From the NCBI GenBank assembly GCA_046482545.1, contig JAWOEX010000032.1:96001-160000 (forward strand): a stretch of DNA of 64,000 bases, given 5' to 3'. Below are positions 28,880-39,596 of the stretch, piece by piece. The notes below the pieces were generated by a model. It saw nothing but the letters and a program-made list of their open reading frames with translations, was not told where the DNA came from and did not search any database. The position numbers and the translations under genes are program-made. Position 1 is the first letter of the stretch. Each line of letters opens with the position of its first letter. Source of the DNA: Candidatus Thorarchaeota archaeon. GTDB lineage: Archaea > Asgardarchaeota > Thorarchaeia > Thorarchaeales > Thorarchaeaceae.

Positions 28880-31663
28880 ATGGAGAAGAATCATTGGTAT
28901 AGTAAAGATGTTGAATCCGTTATCGATGAACTTGACACCTCCCATGAAGGGCTGACTTCCGAAGAGGCAGAAAAAAGAGTTCAGAAATATGGCTACAATG
29001 AGCTCGTAGAAACTGAAAAAATATCTCCACTACAAATGTTTCTAGGCCAATTCGCAGACCCCATGGTCATAATTCTGCTCATAGCAATTGCAATATCCCT
29101 TGTGGTTGCTCTGGCCCCGGGTTCTCATGAAGAGGGAGGACTTGTTGATGCGATTATGATTTCAATTATTGTCATCTTCAATTCGATTTTTGGTTTCGCT
29201 CAGGAGTATCGGTCAGAAAAGGCTCTTGAAGCTCTCAAAGATATGGCTGCGCCACACGCCATGGTCCTTCGTGAAGGCCTTTGGAAAGAGATAGACTCTC
29301 GTGAAGTTGTCCCTGGAGATATTATTAGTTTGGATCCTGGTGACATAGTCCCCGCTGACGCCCGTGTCAGTAATGCTGTTGGACTATCTGTGGATGAAGC
29401 TGTCCTTACCGGTGAATCAGTACCGGTCAGGAAGGTAAGTGAACCACTTGATTTGGAGAATCCGGCGGTTGGGGATATTACCAATTCAGTCTTTCAAGGT
29501 ACTACTATCGCTGGAGGGAAAGGTAGAGCGATCGTCACTGAAACCGGAATGGATACACGATTCGGAGAGATTGCCGGGCTCGTCCAAGAAAGTGAGAAAG
29601 AAATGACTCCACTCCAGCATGACCTAGATGATCTTGGTAAGAAACTGGGCGCTGTCATTACTATTCTTTGTGTCGTTATCTTTGTTGCAGAAGTGTTTCA
29701 AGGTATGGAGAATATTATGGAAGCGCTATTCGCCGCCATTGCTTTGGCCGTATCTGCGATTCCAGAAGGTCTTCCAGCAGTTGTTACCATTACATTAGCA
29801 ATTGGTGTGCAACGAATGGTAGATAAGAATGCAATTGTACGGAGACTACCCTCAGTTGAGACCCTGGGTTCGACTACAGTAATCTGCTCTGATAAGACTG
29901 GTACCATTACCAAGAACGAAATGACGGTTCAGCATCTTTACACAAATGGTTCTCGAATAAGAGTAACAGGGGTCGGGTATGATGACGAAGGAGACTTCTA
30001 TCGGGATGACCAAAAAATAGACCCCCTCAATAATCCCCATCTAAGGAAATTGCTGCTTATTGGTCAGCTCTGCTCGAATGCAGTTCTGCAGCCTGATCCA
30101 TCCGGAGCTGCCAAGTGGTCTGTTGTTGGAGACCCTACTGAGGGTGCTTTGCTTGTTGCGGCTGAAAAGGCCGGATTGAAATATGACGAAACGTGGGAGA
30201 AGTATGATGAGATAACTGAGATATCCTTCAATTCTGCACGAAAAAGAATGACCGCTGTATTCAGAGATGAGAACGGCGATGTAGCAGCATATACAAAGGG
30301 TGCAGCAGAAATCGTCCTATCTTTTTGCACACATATTTTGGAGGATGGTGAAGTTAAACCACTCAGTGATGCAAAGCGTGATGAGTTACTCGCGGTAAAC
30401 GCCGATCTTGCCAGTAAAGCTCTCCGTGTGCTAGGTATGGCATATCGCCCTATTGAGGAGGAGATTCCAGATTGGGAAGCAGAAAACGTCGAGAAGAATG
30501 CAATATTTGTTGGATTGTCTGCAATGATTGATCCTCCCCGCGATGAAGTGACTGATGCCATCAACCTGTGTAAATCTGCCGGTATCCGACCCATCATGAT
30601 TACCGGGGACCATGAGTTAACTGCTCGTGCAATTGCTATGGATGTGGGCTTAATCTCAGGTGAAGCCAACGTTGTAACAGGTTCAGAAATTGAAGAGATG
30701 ACAGAGAAGGAGTTCTCCGAATGCGTTCGTAATACGAATGTATTTGCGAGAGTTTCTCCCGGGCACAAGCTCAGTATTGTTAAGGCACTAAAGAACCAAG
30801 ACCAAGTTGTTGCTATGACGGGCGACGGTGTAAACGATGCTCCAGCTGTTAAGGCGGCGGATGTAGGAGTATCTATGGGTATTCGTGGTGCGGATGTCAC
30901 CCGTGAATCGTCCGATGTCATTCTCACAGATGATAATTTTGCTACAATAGTTACTGCAGTAGAGAAGGGGCGTGAAATCTATGCGAATATCCGAAAGTTC
31001 GTAAGATTCTTACTGGTAGCCAACTTCAGCGAGATTTATCTTGTGTTCACCATGATTATGATTGGGCTCCCCCTCCCAATCACTGCAATACAAATCCTCT
31101 GGATTAACCTTGCTACTGATGGTTTTCCTGCCCTAGCACTAGGAGTTGATCCTCCCGAAGGCGATTTGATGGAACGCGAACCGCGTAAACCGGGCTCAAA
31201 GATGATGGACAAGGGACTAGCAGTATTCGTGTTGATCGGAGGATTTATTCAATTCCTAGCATCTTCAATGGTGTTTATGTGGCTGTTGACTGTCTATGGG
31301 GGATGGATTCCAGGCGTAACGGGTCCGTTGGTTAACTGGGCTGCTGCTCCTTGGGATTATGCTCTTTCACATGCACGCACTGCAGTATTTGCAGGTATTG
31401 TTACATACGAGCTGCTACTTGTTTGGAATTGCAGAACCGAACACCACCCAGTGTGGGAGACCGATATCACTAACTCAAAAGCATTGATTGCTGCTGTGCT
31501 GCTTTCGGTTGTCCTAACTCTGGTTACACTCTATGTGCCTGTCATGAATGACTTGTTTGAGACAGTACCACTCACTCCATTTGAATGGCTAGTGGTTATC
31601 CTATCATGTCTGCCAGCTCTGCTGCTTCCTCCCCACAAGATATTTGGATATTTCAGGGACTAG
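28880..31663 (+). CDS. P-type (P2A, Ca2+-type) cation-transporting ATPase
   Basis: LTGES, IPEGLP, CSDKTGT, KGAAE, MITGD, TGDGVNDAP, QILWINLATDG. Confidence 0.95.
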   Translation: MEKNHWYSKDVESVIDELDTSHEGLTSEEAEKRVQKYGYNELVETEKISPLQMFLGQFADPMVIILLIAIAISLVVALAPGSHEEGGLVDAIMISIIVIFNSIFGFAQEYRSEKALEALKDMAAPHAMVLREGLWKEIDSREVVPGDIISLDPGDIVPADARVSNAVGLSVDEAVLTGESVPVRKVSEPLDLENPAVGDITNSVFQGTTIAGGKGRAIVTETGMDTRFGEIAGLVQESEKEMTPLQHDLDDLGKKLGAVITILCVVIFVAEVFQGMENIMEALFAAIALAVSAIPEGLPAVVTITLAIGVQRMVDKNAIVRRLPSVETLGSTTVICSDKTGTITKNEMTVQHLYTNGSRIRVTGVGYDDEGDFYRDDQKIDPLNNPHLRKLLLIGQLCSNAVLQPDPSGAAKWSVVGDPTEGALLVAAEKAGLKYDETWEKYDEITEISFNSARKRMTAVFRDENGDVAAYTKGAAEIVLSFCTHILEDGEVKPLSDAKRDELLAVNADLASKALRVLGMAYRPIEEEIPDWEAENVEKNAIFVGLSAMIDPPRDEVTDAINLCKSAGIRPIMITGDHELTARAIAMDVGLISGEANVVTGSEIEEMTEKEFSECVRNTNVFARVSPGHKLSIVKALKNQDQVVAMTGDGVNDAPAVKAADVGVSMGIRGADVTRESSDVILTDDNFATIVTAVEKGREIYANIRKFVRFLLVANFSEIYLVFTMIMIGLPLPITAIQILWINLATDGFPALALGVDPPEGDLMEREPRKPGSKMMDKGLAVFVLIGGFIQFLASSMVFMWLLTVYGGWIPGVTGPLVNWAAAPWDYALSHARTAVFAGIVTYELLLVWNCRTEHHPVWETDITNSKALIAAVLLSVVLTLVTLYVPVMNDLFETVPLTPFEWLVVILSCLPALLLPPHKIFGYFRD

Positions 31664-31670
31664 AGTCAGA

Positions 31671-31703
31671 GGACTAGGTTGGAAATTTTTCCAACCTAGT
31701 TCC
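31671..31703 (+). terminator. inverted repeat after the P-type ATPase (putative terminator/stability hairpin)
   Basis: ACTAGGTTGGAAA-TT-TTTCCAACCTAGT, a perfect 13-bp inverted repeat ~10 nt after the stop. Confidence 0.6.
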
Positions 31704-32116
31704 ATTCTATTTTGAAAAGCCCTGCTTAGGAAAATATCCACGTTGTCGGAAAAGTACTTGAAGAAAGGATAGAGAATGATTCTTTGTCTTCACGAGAGAG
31801 CTACAATTCCGGTACAAAGAACGGGAGTCTCTAGCTTGTACCTCTAAACTAGATATGGAAATAGTTGCTGCAAATTTGATTTTACAAATTGTGCTAAGGA
31901 CCTAGAAGATTGTATAACTTACAAAATCACAAATGAATCAGCATGGCAAAGCCAAAACTTCTGTGAGACTTCGCAGTAACTCCTAGGTACAGACTAAGCA
32001 GCTTAGATGAACCAAAAATTTCCTTGAATAAGTAAGGCTCGCAGAATAAAAAAAGTGAGATATTGGTGGCAGTCCACAAGGAGCCACCAGCTATCCTCTA
32101 TGACTTGCTATTGCTG

Positions 32117-33472
32117 CTACCTCTCCTTAGCCACTTCTTCTAGTGACTCCTCTACTATATTGAAACCCTTAGTTAGCAATTCTTCACGGATATTCAACGC
32201 AGGTAGAAAACGTAACACGTTCTTGTGACTTCCTGCACTGATAACCATGGCACCTTTCTTGTGACATGTTTGAATCACATTGTCTCGTATTTCCTTGGAC
32301 GGTTCTTTTGTTTCTCTGTCCTCAACGAATTCAATTGCACGCATCATTCCGAGTCCTCGCACATCACCGATGAATGAAAATTGTTCATACCATTCATCCA
32401 TTCTCTTTCGCATCAGTTCTCCCATTTCTTGTGCGTGACTAAGGTTCTCTTCAATGATATCTATGGTTTCTAGACCGGCGACACAACTCACCGGGTTTCC
32501 GCCAAATGTAGTCCCCAGAGCGCCAGCGTGCAACGAATCAGCAATTTCGTCCTTCATAATAACCGCAGAAAGCGGCAAACCGCCGCCTAGTGACTTTGCA
32601 ACCGTAATTATGTCTGGTACAACGTCATGATGCTCCATTCCAAACATCTTTCCGGTTCTGCCTAGACCGGCCTGGATTTCATCATCGATAAACAGGAAGC
32701 CATACTCATCGCATATTCGTTTAAGCCCCTGAACAAATTCAGTCGGCGGCACGATGAAGCCACCTTCCCCCTGTACGGGTTCGAGAATCATCGCTGCGAT
32801 TTCGTCAGGATCTTCGTGCAGACCTAGGTTGTGTTCCAGATAATCTAGGCATTTCAAGCCGCATTCGGGGTATTCTTCATCGCCAAATGGACAACGGTAG
32901 CAATAGGCGGTCGGCACTCTATAGATATTCCAGCTGTTCCTACCCAGTCCTTTCCTGTATGGATTGACACTACCTGTTAGACCAACTGCCATTCGGGTTC
33001 GTCCATGAAAAGCGTATTCGAAAGCAATCAACCGTGCTCTCTGGGTGTACCATATTGCGATCTTCACAGCATTCTCGACGGCTTCAGCTCCGCTGTTGGC
33101 AAGAAAGACCTTCTTGTGGAAATCTCCTGGGGCTATCTCTGCTAGCTTCTCCGCCATGTCTACATATGGGGCATAGCGATTCGTATGCCAGCAGACATGC
33201 ATGTATTTATCCAGCTGCTTTTGGATTTCCTTCATCACACGTGGATGCCGATGGCCAGTGTTAAGCGATGAAATACCTGTAGCGAGGTCTACATACTTGT
33301 TACCATCAACATCCGTCAGTACTGCTCCTTCCCCCTTGGCGATAAAAATGGGAGTTAGGGAGTACAGGGCTTCAGGAACATATTTGTTCGATTTTTCAAG
33401 CAGGTTGGAGGATTTCTTACCGGGTACATCTGAAACTATTTTCGGGGCATCTTCTTCAGACAAAAGGAACAC
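32117..33472 (-). CDS. class III PLP aminotransferase (4-aminobutyrate aminotransferase-like)
   Basis: NSGAEAVENA, FHGRT, EPVQGEGG, DEIQAGLGRTG, AKSLGGG, TFGGNP. Confidence 0.92.
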   Translation of the reverse strand: MFLLSEEDAPKIVSDVPGKKSSNLLEKSNKYVPEALYSLTPIFIAKGEGAVLTDVDGNKYVDLATGISSLNTGHRHPRVMKEIQKQLDKYMHVCWHTNRYAPYVDMAEKLAEIAPGDFHKKVFLANSGAEAVENAVKIAIWYTQRARLIAFEYAFHGRTRMAVGLTGSVNPYRKGLGRNSWNIYRVPTAYCYRCPFGDEEYPECGLKCLDYLEHNLGLHEDPDEIAAMILEPVQGEGGFIVPPTEFVQGLKRICDEYGFLFIDDEIQAGLGRTGKMFGMEHHDVVPDIITVAKSLGGGLPLSAVIMKDEIADSLHAGALGTTFGGNPVSCVAGLETIDIIEENLSHAQEMGELMRKRMDEWYEQFSFIGDVRGLGMMRAIEFVEDRETKEPSKEIRDNVIQTCHKKGAMVISAGSHKNVLRFLPALNIREELLTKGFNIVEESLEEVAKER

Positions 33473-33691
33473 CTTACAACCTACATATTATTGGGTGGGA
33501 ATTAAGGCTCTCGGTTGAGGAGCTTTTCGGGTTTCAGGTAATAATCTTCACTTTCTCTTTAGGTGCTTTAACCATCAGATTGTGGGTACCAAACCTGTAA
33601 ATGTGCGGCTTGAGTCGATGCCTATTTATTGCGGCCCTTCCTTCTCCTGTCATACTATCGACAAATCCGTGGCGATGGAGACTCTGAACAG

Positions 33692-35209
33692 ATGACTGAA
33701 TACAACAAAATAACTGATGCCGAGGTTAAGAAGCTGGAATCCATATGCGGCGAGGAGTACGTTACCGATAGCGAACCTTTACGTTATAGCTACATGGCTA
33801 AGGGAATCATGGGCTTAGAGGCAGAACTGCCCGAAGTGATTGTTCGGCCAGCCAATGTCGAAGAAGTTGCTGGGGTTCTGCAAGTAGCCAATGATAACCT
33901 GAGTCCGGTAACTCCCGCAGCAGGAGGTTTGAGCGGTGGTTTCGCACTTCCCGCAATAGAACCTGGTGGAATATTGATGGACCTGGCTCGCATGAACCGT
34001 CTGGAAGTAGACACAGAAAACCGGGTGATGGTTGTCGAACCAGGCGTCAAATGTGGTGATGCATGGCGGATCTTCAAGAAGAAATGGCCCGAATGGGCAC
34101 CACCTATTCCGGATGGAGCTCCACCTGGAGCAACTATCCTAGGTGATGCAATTGAACGTGGTTTCTCTCTTGTAACTGCAAGATATGGTCCACAAGCAGA
34201 CATGATTATGGGTCTTGAAGTTGTGCTACCTGATGGTCAGATTTTCCGTACTGGATCTTGGGCGCTTGATGGCGCAAAGGCATATTACAGGTGGGGCATT
34301 GGCCCGAATCCTGATGGCCTATTTCTCGGTTCTCAAGGTTCAATGGGTATAGTGACAAAAGCTGCAGTGAAGATAGTTCCTCATCCTCATCATAAGACCA
34401 TTGTCGCTTATGGTGGAGACAGCTGGGATCACATTGTTGAGCCCGTATGGGAGATAGCCAAACACGAGATGGGCATCTCGGACAATACCGTTATGGTTCA
34501 GGGAGGTAACTGGCCTCTGGTCATGACGAGATGGCCAAAGGGGAACATTCCGGACAATTACAAATTCTATGATAAGATAGGAATTGACGAGTACTGGATG
34601 AACACTGAAATTTGGGCTCATTCCGAGGAAGAGCTCAACTTCACCTTGGAGCGAATTGATGAAATCTACAAGGATTATGAGCTTAGAGAAAACACCAAAT
34701 GTCCGAAGCAGGACCTACATCCAAAGCAAATTGCCTCACGATTGAAGAAACCGAATCTGATAGCCGTTCCTTACGGTCTGTATCAGGCGGGATTCCTGTT
34801 TATCACTTGGTATGTCCCGTGGCTGGAAGCACCTCGGATGATGGAGCAGTACTGTGCAAAGATGGAGGAATACGGCTTCCCGCCAACTATGTGGGTAGCT
34901 TCAATTGATCACGCTAGGCAGGCAATTGTCATGCCTATTCTATGCTTTGACAGCACTGAGGAAGGCATCTACGATAAAATACGGCAATTCAATCTTGAGA
35001 CGACCAAGAGCTTTCTGAAACAGGGGTGGATCAACTACAGACCCGACCCATTTGTTCATGCCCCTGAGACTTTCAGTAAAGCCAAGGATTACTACAAGAT
35101 GCTGGTGAAGTTCCGCAAGGTTCTTGATCCAAACATGATTTTACACCCGGGTCGATTGGCAATCCCATGGGGAACTGTAACTGACTTGCCAAACCCTTTG
35201 GAGGAATGA
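33692..35209 (+). CDS. FAD-binding oxidoreductase (GlcD/VAO-type FAD_binding_4)
   Basis: VRPANVEEV, VVEPGV, GLEVVLPDG, GSQGSMGIVTK, C-terminal LDPNMILHPG. Confidence 0.88.
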   Translation: MTEYNKITDAEVKKLESICGEEYVTDSEPLRYSYMAKGIMGLEAELPEVIVRPANVEEVAGVLQVANDNLSPVTPAAGGLSGGFALPAIEPGGILMDLARMNRLEVDTENRVMVVEPGVKCGDAWRIFKKKWPEWAPPIPDGAPPGATILGDAIERGFSLVTARYGPQADMIMGLEVVLPDGQIFRTGSWALDGAKAYYRWGIGPNPDGLFLGSQGSMGIVTKAAVKIVPHPHHKTIVAYGGDSWDHIVEPVWEIAKHEMGISDNTVMVQGGNWPLVMTRWPKGNIPDNYKFYDKIGIDEYWMNTEIWAHSEEELNFTLERIDEIYKDYELRENTKCPKQDLHPKQIASRLKKPNLIAVPYGLYQAGFLFITWYVPWLEAPRMMEQYCAKMEEYGFPPTMWVASIDHARQAIVMPILCFDSTEEGIYDKIRQFNLETTKSFLKQGWINYRPDPFVHAPETFSKAKDYYKMLVKFRKVLDPNMILHPGRLAIPWGTVTDLPNPLEE

Positions 35210-35265
35210 AATCATGACGGAACATAAGTTTCAAAAAGTAACTAGAGAAAGGAGAACGAATATCC

Positions 35266-36573
35266 ATGACTAGCCTAGAGGAACTACGCGGTATCAATGC
35301 GAGATGCATTCACTGTCGTGCCTGTCAGTATGCTTACGCAGATGAGCCTGATAGAGAAGGCGAAACAGAAGAATACACGGGAATGATGCTATCATGTCCT
35401 GGCGGAAACTTGTATGGCTGGGAAGGCTACTACAACAGTGGTAAAATGTGGATGGCCCGCGCTTATCTCGAAGGCGACTTGGAGCCTAGCCAAGAGATGC
35501 TGGAGGTCATGGAAGCTTGCACTACCTGTGGTCTTTGTGGAGAACAGTGTGAGAACTACATCGACACAGTGGACATCATTGAGGAGCTTAGAGCTGCGAT
35601 TATCGAGGATGGTGTTGAACCGCTTAAGAGGCACAAAGTAATCAATGACAGAGTGCTTGAAGAAGATAAAAGAAATCCTTACAACGAAGCCAGAGATGAG
35701 CGCATCGCGTGGTATGATGGTGAAGTAGATCTCAAAGATGCCAGCGTTGCATATTATGTTGGCTGTACTGGCGCCTACAGGCAGCAAGATATCGCCAAGC
35801 ATACTGCAAATATCTTGAAGAAACTTGATGTCGATTTTACAGTCCTCTCTGATGAGGTTTGTTGCGGTTCGCCTATTTTGCGTACAGGCCAGAAAGACAC
35901 CTTCAAGAAGGTCATGAACGAGAACCTAGGGATGTTCAAGGATTTCGATCTTGTGGTCTTCTCGTGTGCAGGTTGTTATCGGACTTTTCGTGTAGACTAT
36001 CCCAAGCAAAGCGGAGAACCCCTGCCTTTCAAGGTTGCACATACCCTTGACATCGTACATGATATGATTCAGGATGGGGAGCTAGAAATTGAAACTCCGT
36101 ATAATAAGAAAGTCACTTGGCATGACCCCTGCCACACTATACGGCATATCGGCTTGGACATAGAAAAACGGATCCTCGATGAATCTGATAATTGGCTCAT
36201 AGACAGCAGGAAAGCGGCGAAAGCCAAAGAGGCTTGGTACGAGCGACCAAGAGAGGTTATTCGTGCTATTCCGGGGGTCGATTTCAGAGAGATGTACAGG
36301 ATTAAGGGTGACAGCTTCTGCTGCGGTGCTGGAGGCGGGGTGAAGACACAGTTCCCCGATATGGCACTTGCTACAGCCAAGGAACGCGTCAAAGAGGCAG
36401 CTTCGACCGGCGCTGAGGTATTAATGACATCATGCCCCTTTTGTATAACAAATTTTCAGGACGCGATCGCCGCCCTGAAAGAAGAAGAGGAAGAGACCGG
36501 AAAAGATCTGTCAGCTATTGGGTCAAAACTGGAAGTTGTAGAACTACTAGAACTGATGGATCGACTCATCTGA
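35266..36573 (+). CDS. Fe-S oxidoreductase with CCG domains (HdrD/GlpC/GlcF family)
   Basis: CIHCRAC, CTTCGLCGEQC, CCGSP, HDPCH, CCGAGGG, SCPFC. Confidence 0.9.
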   Translation: MTSLEELRGINARCIHCRACQYAYADEPDREGETEEYTGMMLSCPGGNLYGWEGYYNSGKMWMARAYLEGDLEPSQEMLEVMEACTTCGLCGEQCENYIDTVDIIEELRAAIIEDGVEPLKRHKVINDRVLEEDKRNPYNEARDERIAWYDGEVDLKDASVAYYVGCTGAYRQQDIAKHTANILKKLDVDFTVLSDEVCCGSPILRTGQKDTFKKVMNENLGMFKDFDLVVFSCAGCYRTFRVDYPKQSGEPLPFKVAHTLDIVHDMIQDGELEIETPYNKKVTWHDPCHTIRHIGLDIEKRILDESDNWLIDSRKAAKAKEAWYERPREVIRAIPGVDFREMYRIKGDSFCCGAGGGVKTQFPDMALATAKERVKEAASTGAEVLMTSCPFCITNFQDAIAALKEEEEETGKDLSAIGSKLEVVELLELMDRLI

Positions 36574-36642
36574 AATAACAAGAAAAAAAAAGTAAGCGTT
36601 CGTACCGTAGCTCTACGCTACTGGTATGAACGCGCATATTAT

Positions 36643-36981
36643 CTACAATAGCATCAAGATAGCGCCGATAATGACGAGAATTCCGGGCAAACCAGCTCCG
36701 AAAACGTAGAGAAGGATTCCCAGGATTATCATGATTATCCAGTTTTGCCCCATCTTCAGCATGGGGATATTTACTACTCCACTTGTCGCCAATATGACAA
36801 GAGAGATTATAATAACTATGATTCCTATTATTACCGAGCCAAGAATACTTCCTAGACCTAGACCTAAACCAGGAAGTATGCCAAATCCCCAACCCAGGAC
36901 ATCCAGAATTCCGTATAATAGCCCAAGGAGGCCTCCAAGGATAGCCAGAATTTCGCCAAGTCTATTAGTTTGTTTTGTCAT
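36643..36981 (-). CDS. small Gly/Leu/Ile-rich integral membrane protein
   Basis: About four hydrophobic helices. Confidence 0.7.
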   Translation of the reverse strand: MTKQTNRLGEILAILGGLLGLLYGILDVLGWGFGILPGLGLGLGSILGSVIIGIIVIIISLVILATSGVVNIPMLKMGQNWIIMIILGILLYVFGAGLPGILVIIGAILMLL

Positions 36982-37083
36982 GTTGTTTCTCTCCAATTAA
37001 TTAATTATTAATTGTAATCCGTAATAAAAATCATTCCACTCTAACAGGTGAAGACTTCGACATTTGCCGGTTCCAACTCAAAG

Positions 37084-37713
37084 TCAGTTACTCTTTTCAA
37101 ATTCTGACAATGCGCCAGATATGTGTAGCCAGTTTACCCCCCAAATCCACAGTATGGCAGATAGTGCCGTCACGATTTCGGGTATAGCCACTCCATCCCA
37201 CGTTTGAGTCCACAAATATACGGAGAGGAATGGCAATAGAAGCGAAATAATAGCAAAGACCCTTGTCGGAGGGAAGCGTAACCAGCCAATTCCGACCGCC
37301 CACATTGCAAACGGGAAGGTAAGGAAGAATCCGACAGAGACAATAAAATGAGTTGGACTAAAATTCTCAGAGAACACACCAATTGCGGTCAAGAAGATAC
37401 ACGAAACAGAGAATATGGCCAGAGCGATTTTCGTTGCCGGTTCTGCTATCTGTTGTAACAAATGTGTTGTGAAGTACAGCATGAGCAAGCCAGTTACTGC
37501 GAGGCCAACATTGAAAATGATAGCCACTTGGAATTGCGATGGCCCAAGGTCAGTTCTAGTATAGTGTCCTAGATCGCTCAATGCATTGCCCATCCATGTG
37601 AATTCCGGAGATAGCAGGATAGCCAAGCCAATACAAGATAGGGAGATGATAGGTGCTACGAATCCTATCTTGTTTGGTACATCTGCATTTCTTATCTGGT
37701 TGACTAGCGACAT
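37084..37713 (-). CDS. DUF998 family membrane protein
   Basis: FTWMGNALSDLG, FNVGL, IGVFSE, HFIVS, AIPE. Confidence 0.8.
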   Translation of the reverse strand: MSLVNQIRNADVPNKIGFVAPIISLSCIGLAILLSPEFTWMGNALSDLGHYTRTDLGPSQFQVAIIFNVGLAVTGLLMLYFTTHLLQQIAEPATKIALAIFSVSCIFLTAIGVFSENFSPTHFIVSVGFFLTFPFAMWAVGIGWLRFPPTRVFAIISLLLPFLSVYLWTQTWDGVAIPEIVTALSAILWIWGVNWLHISGALSEFEKSN

Positions 37714-37883
37714 GTCAGCTGTTTACTACATCCGGGTATATAGAGTTTCTACGCGGGTCATCCACATAACTGGACGGCTAGGAGGACACCTCCGGATGCA
37801 AATTGGGATAGTTGAAATCGAAATTAGAGTCAGAGATAAAAGGCGTGCTTCGTAATCTGAAAAGGTATCCATTGATATACTAA

Positions 37884-38810
37884 TTGGGTGAAATGATGAC
37901 AGAACCTGAGATTGAAGATAAGAGACTGACACTGGAAGAAGCTGCTCAGAAGGTTCCCAACGGTTCGGATATGTTTTGGGGGGGTTTTGGTTATCAACGC
38001 CCACCTATTGCTTTTGCGTACGAGCTAGTGCGGCAACAGAAACGCAACATCACAATCCATACATGCGGTTCAGAGGTTGACCTAGAGGTCATGGCTGGTG
38101 CCGGTGTGGCGAACAGATTCGAAATCGCATTCGAGGCGATTGAGGCTCTTGGATTGGGGTACAATATGCGAAGGCGAGTGGCCGAGGGTGCAGTAGAGGT
38201 TGAGGATTACAGTAATCTGGCCATGGCATTACGTTTCTATGGTGGTGCACTCAACGTTCCTTTCATGCCCATCCGGAGTCTCATGGGAACAGACATGGCA
38301 CGTCTCTCTCGCTATCGCGGCGATAAGAAGCTGGCAGTTATTGATTGTCCGTTCACAGGCGAGAAGATTTGCCTTGTTCCTTCTTTACAGCCTGATTTCA
38401 GTATCGTCCACGTTCAACGAGTGGATCGGACTGGTAACGCACAAATTGACGGTATTGTGGGAGAGGATATAGAAGGTTCCAGATGTGGTAAGAAGTTGAT
38501 TGTTCTAGCTGAAGAACTGATAGATGAGTCCGAGGTTAGGGCGACCCCAGATCGGACGAGCATTCCAGCGATGTATGTTGATTACATAGTGATTCTTCCA
38601 TTTGCTGCCCATCCTATGCAATGTCATAATTACTACGATTATGATTTATCGTTCCTGCAGATGTTCCATACGATGAGCAAGACTGAAGAAGGATGGCAGG
38701 ACTACCTAGAGAAATACATACTGGGTGTGGATAATCACATGGAGTATCTGAATCTTGTCGGCTGGGACAGCCTGATGGATCTCAAAGCAAAGAAACCTTG
38801 GGGGTATTAG
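37884..38810 (+). CDS. family I CoA-transferase subunit A (glutaconate CoA-transferase-like)
   Basis: GGFGYQRPP, LNVPFMP, GTDM, HVQRVDRTGN, PFAAHP, YYDYD. Confidence 0.88.
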   Translation: MGEMMTEPEIEDKRLTLEEAAQKVPNGSDMFWGGFGYQRPPIAFAYELVRQQKRNITIHTCGSEVDLEVMAGAGVANRFEIAFEAIEALGLGYNMRRRVAEGAVEVEDYSNLAMALRFYGGALNVPFMPIRSLMGTDMARLSRYRGDKKLAVIDCPFTGEKICLVPSLQPDFSIVHVQRVDRTGNAQIDGIVGEDIEGSRCGKKLIVLAEELIDESEVRATPDRTSIPAMYVDYIVILPFAAHPMQCHNYYDYDLSFLQMFHTMSKTEEGWQDYLEKYILGVDNHMEYLNLVGWDSLMDLKAKKPWGY

Positions 38811-38811
38811 A

Positions 38812-39585
38812 ATGGTAGAATATAGCAAAATAGAGTTTCTAACAGCATGTGCTTCGCGTCACGTTCGAGATGGAGAATTCGTTTTTGGTGGTACTGGATT
38901 ACCACTTCTTGCTGCCCTTTTGGCAAAAGAGACGCATGCCCCTGATTCCAAGCTCATATCTGAAGCTGGTTTCATTGATGCGAGACCGCGAAATGTCCCC
39001 CTCTCAGTTGCTGATTCTCGGTATCACTACGGAAGCTCTGCATCGATTGGTCTCATTGAGACTCTCGGTTTTATTCTACAGGCTGGAAAAGTCGATGTCG
39101 GTTTTCTGGGTGCTGCCCAGATAGATGAATATGGAAATCTGAATACGAGCTACATTGGTGATTACGATAAGCCCAAGGTGAAGTTGCCGGGTAGTGGAGG
39201 AGGGAATGACATTGCTTCTTCAGCGAAGCGGCTGATAATCATGATGACCCATGACAAACGCAAATTTGTCAAAAAACTGGATTATATGACGAGTCCTGGC
39301 CATCTCCAGGGTCCAGGCTCACGGGAGAAATGGTCATTGGTGGGCGGAGGTCCCGAGGTCGTTATTACTGACATGTGCCAGATGGATTTCGACCCTGATA
39401 GTCTGAAAATCCGTTTGAAATCCGTTCATCCTGGGTACGAGATAGAGGATGTTCTTGAGAATGTGATGTTCGACTTGATAGTGCCTGATGATGTTCCCGT
39501 GACCCAAGAACCTACTCAGGAGCAGATAGATATCATGCATCGCCTTGACCCTAATGGTATCTACTTAGGTAAAGGTGCACGCTGA
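38812..39585 (+). CDS. family I CoA-transferase subunit B (glutaconate CoA-transferase-like)
   Basis: GTGLP, ISEAG (catalytic Glu position), GAAQIDEYGNLN, LPGSGGGNDIAS. Confidence 0.9.
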   Translation: MVEYSKIEFLTACASRHVRDGEFVFGGTGLPLLAALLAKETHAPDSKLISEAGFIDARPRNVPLSVADSRYHYGSSASIGLIETLGFILQAGKVDVGFLGAAQIDEYGNLNTSYIGDYDKPKVKLPGSGGGNDIASSAKRLIIMMTHDKRKFVKKLDYMTSPGHLQGPGSREKWSLVGGGPEVVITDMCQMDFDPDSLKIRLKSVHPGYEIEDVLENVMFDLIVPDDVPVTQEPTQEQIDIMHRLDPNGIYLGKGAR

Positions 39586-39596
39586 TACAATCACAT

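Noticed and set aside
30064-30927. 287-aa minus-strand ORF, and similar antisense ORFs (e.g. 15643-16245, 20960-21406, 682-1182)
   Set aside because: Shadow frames antisense to well-supported genes.
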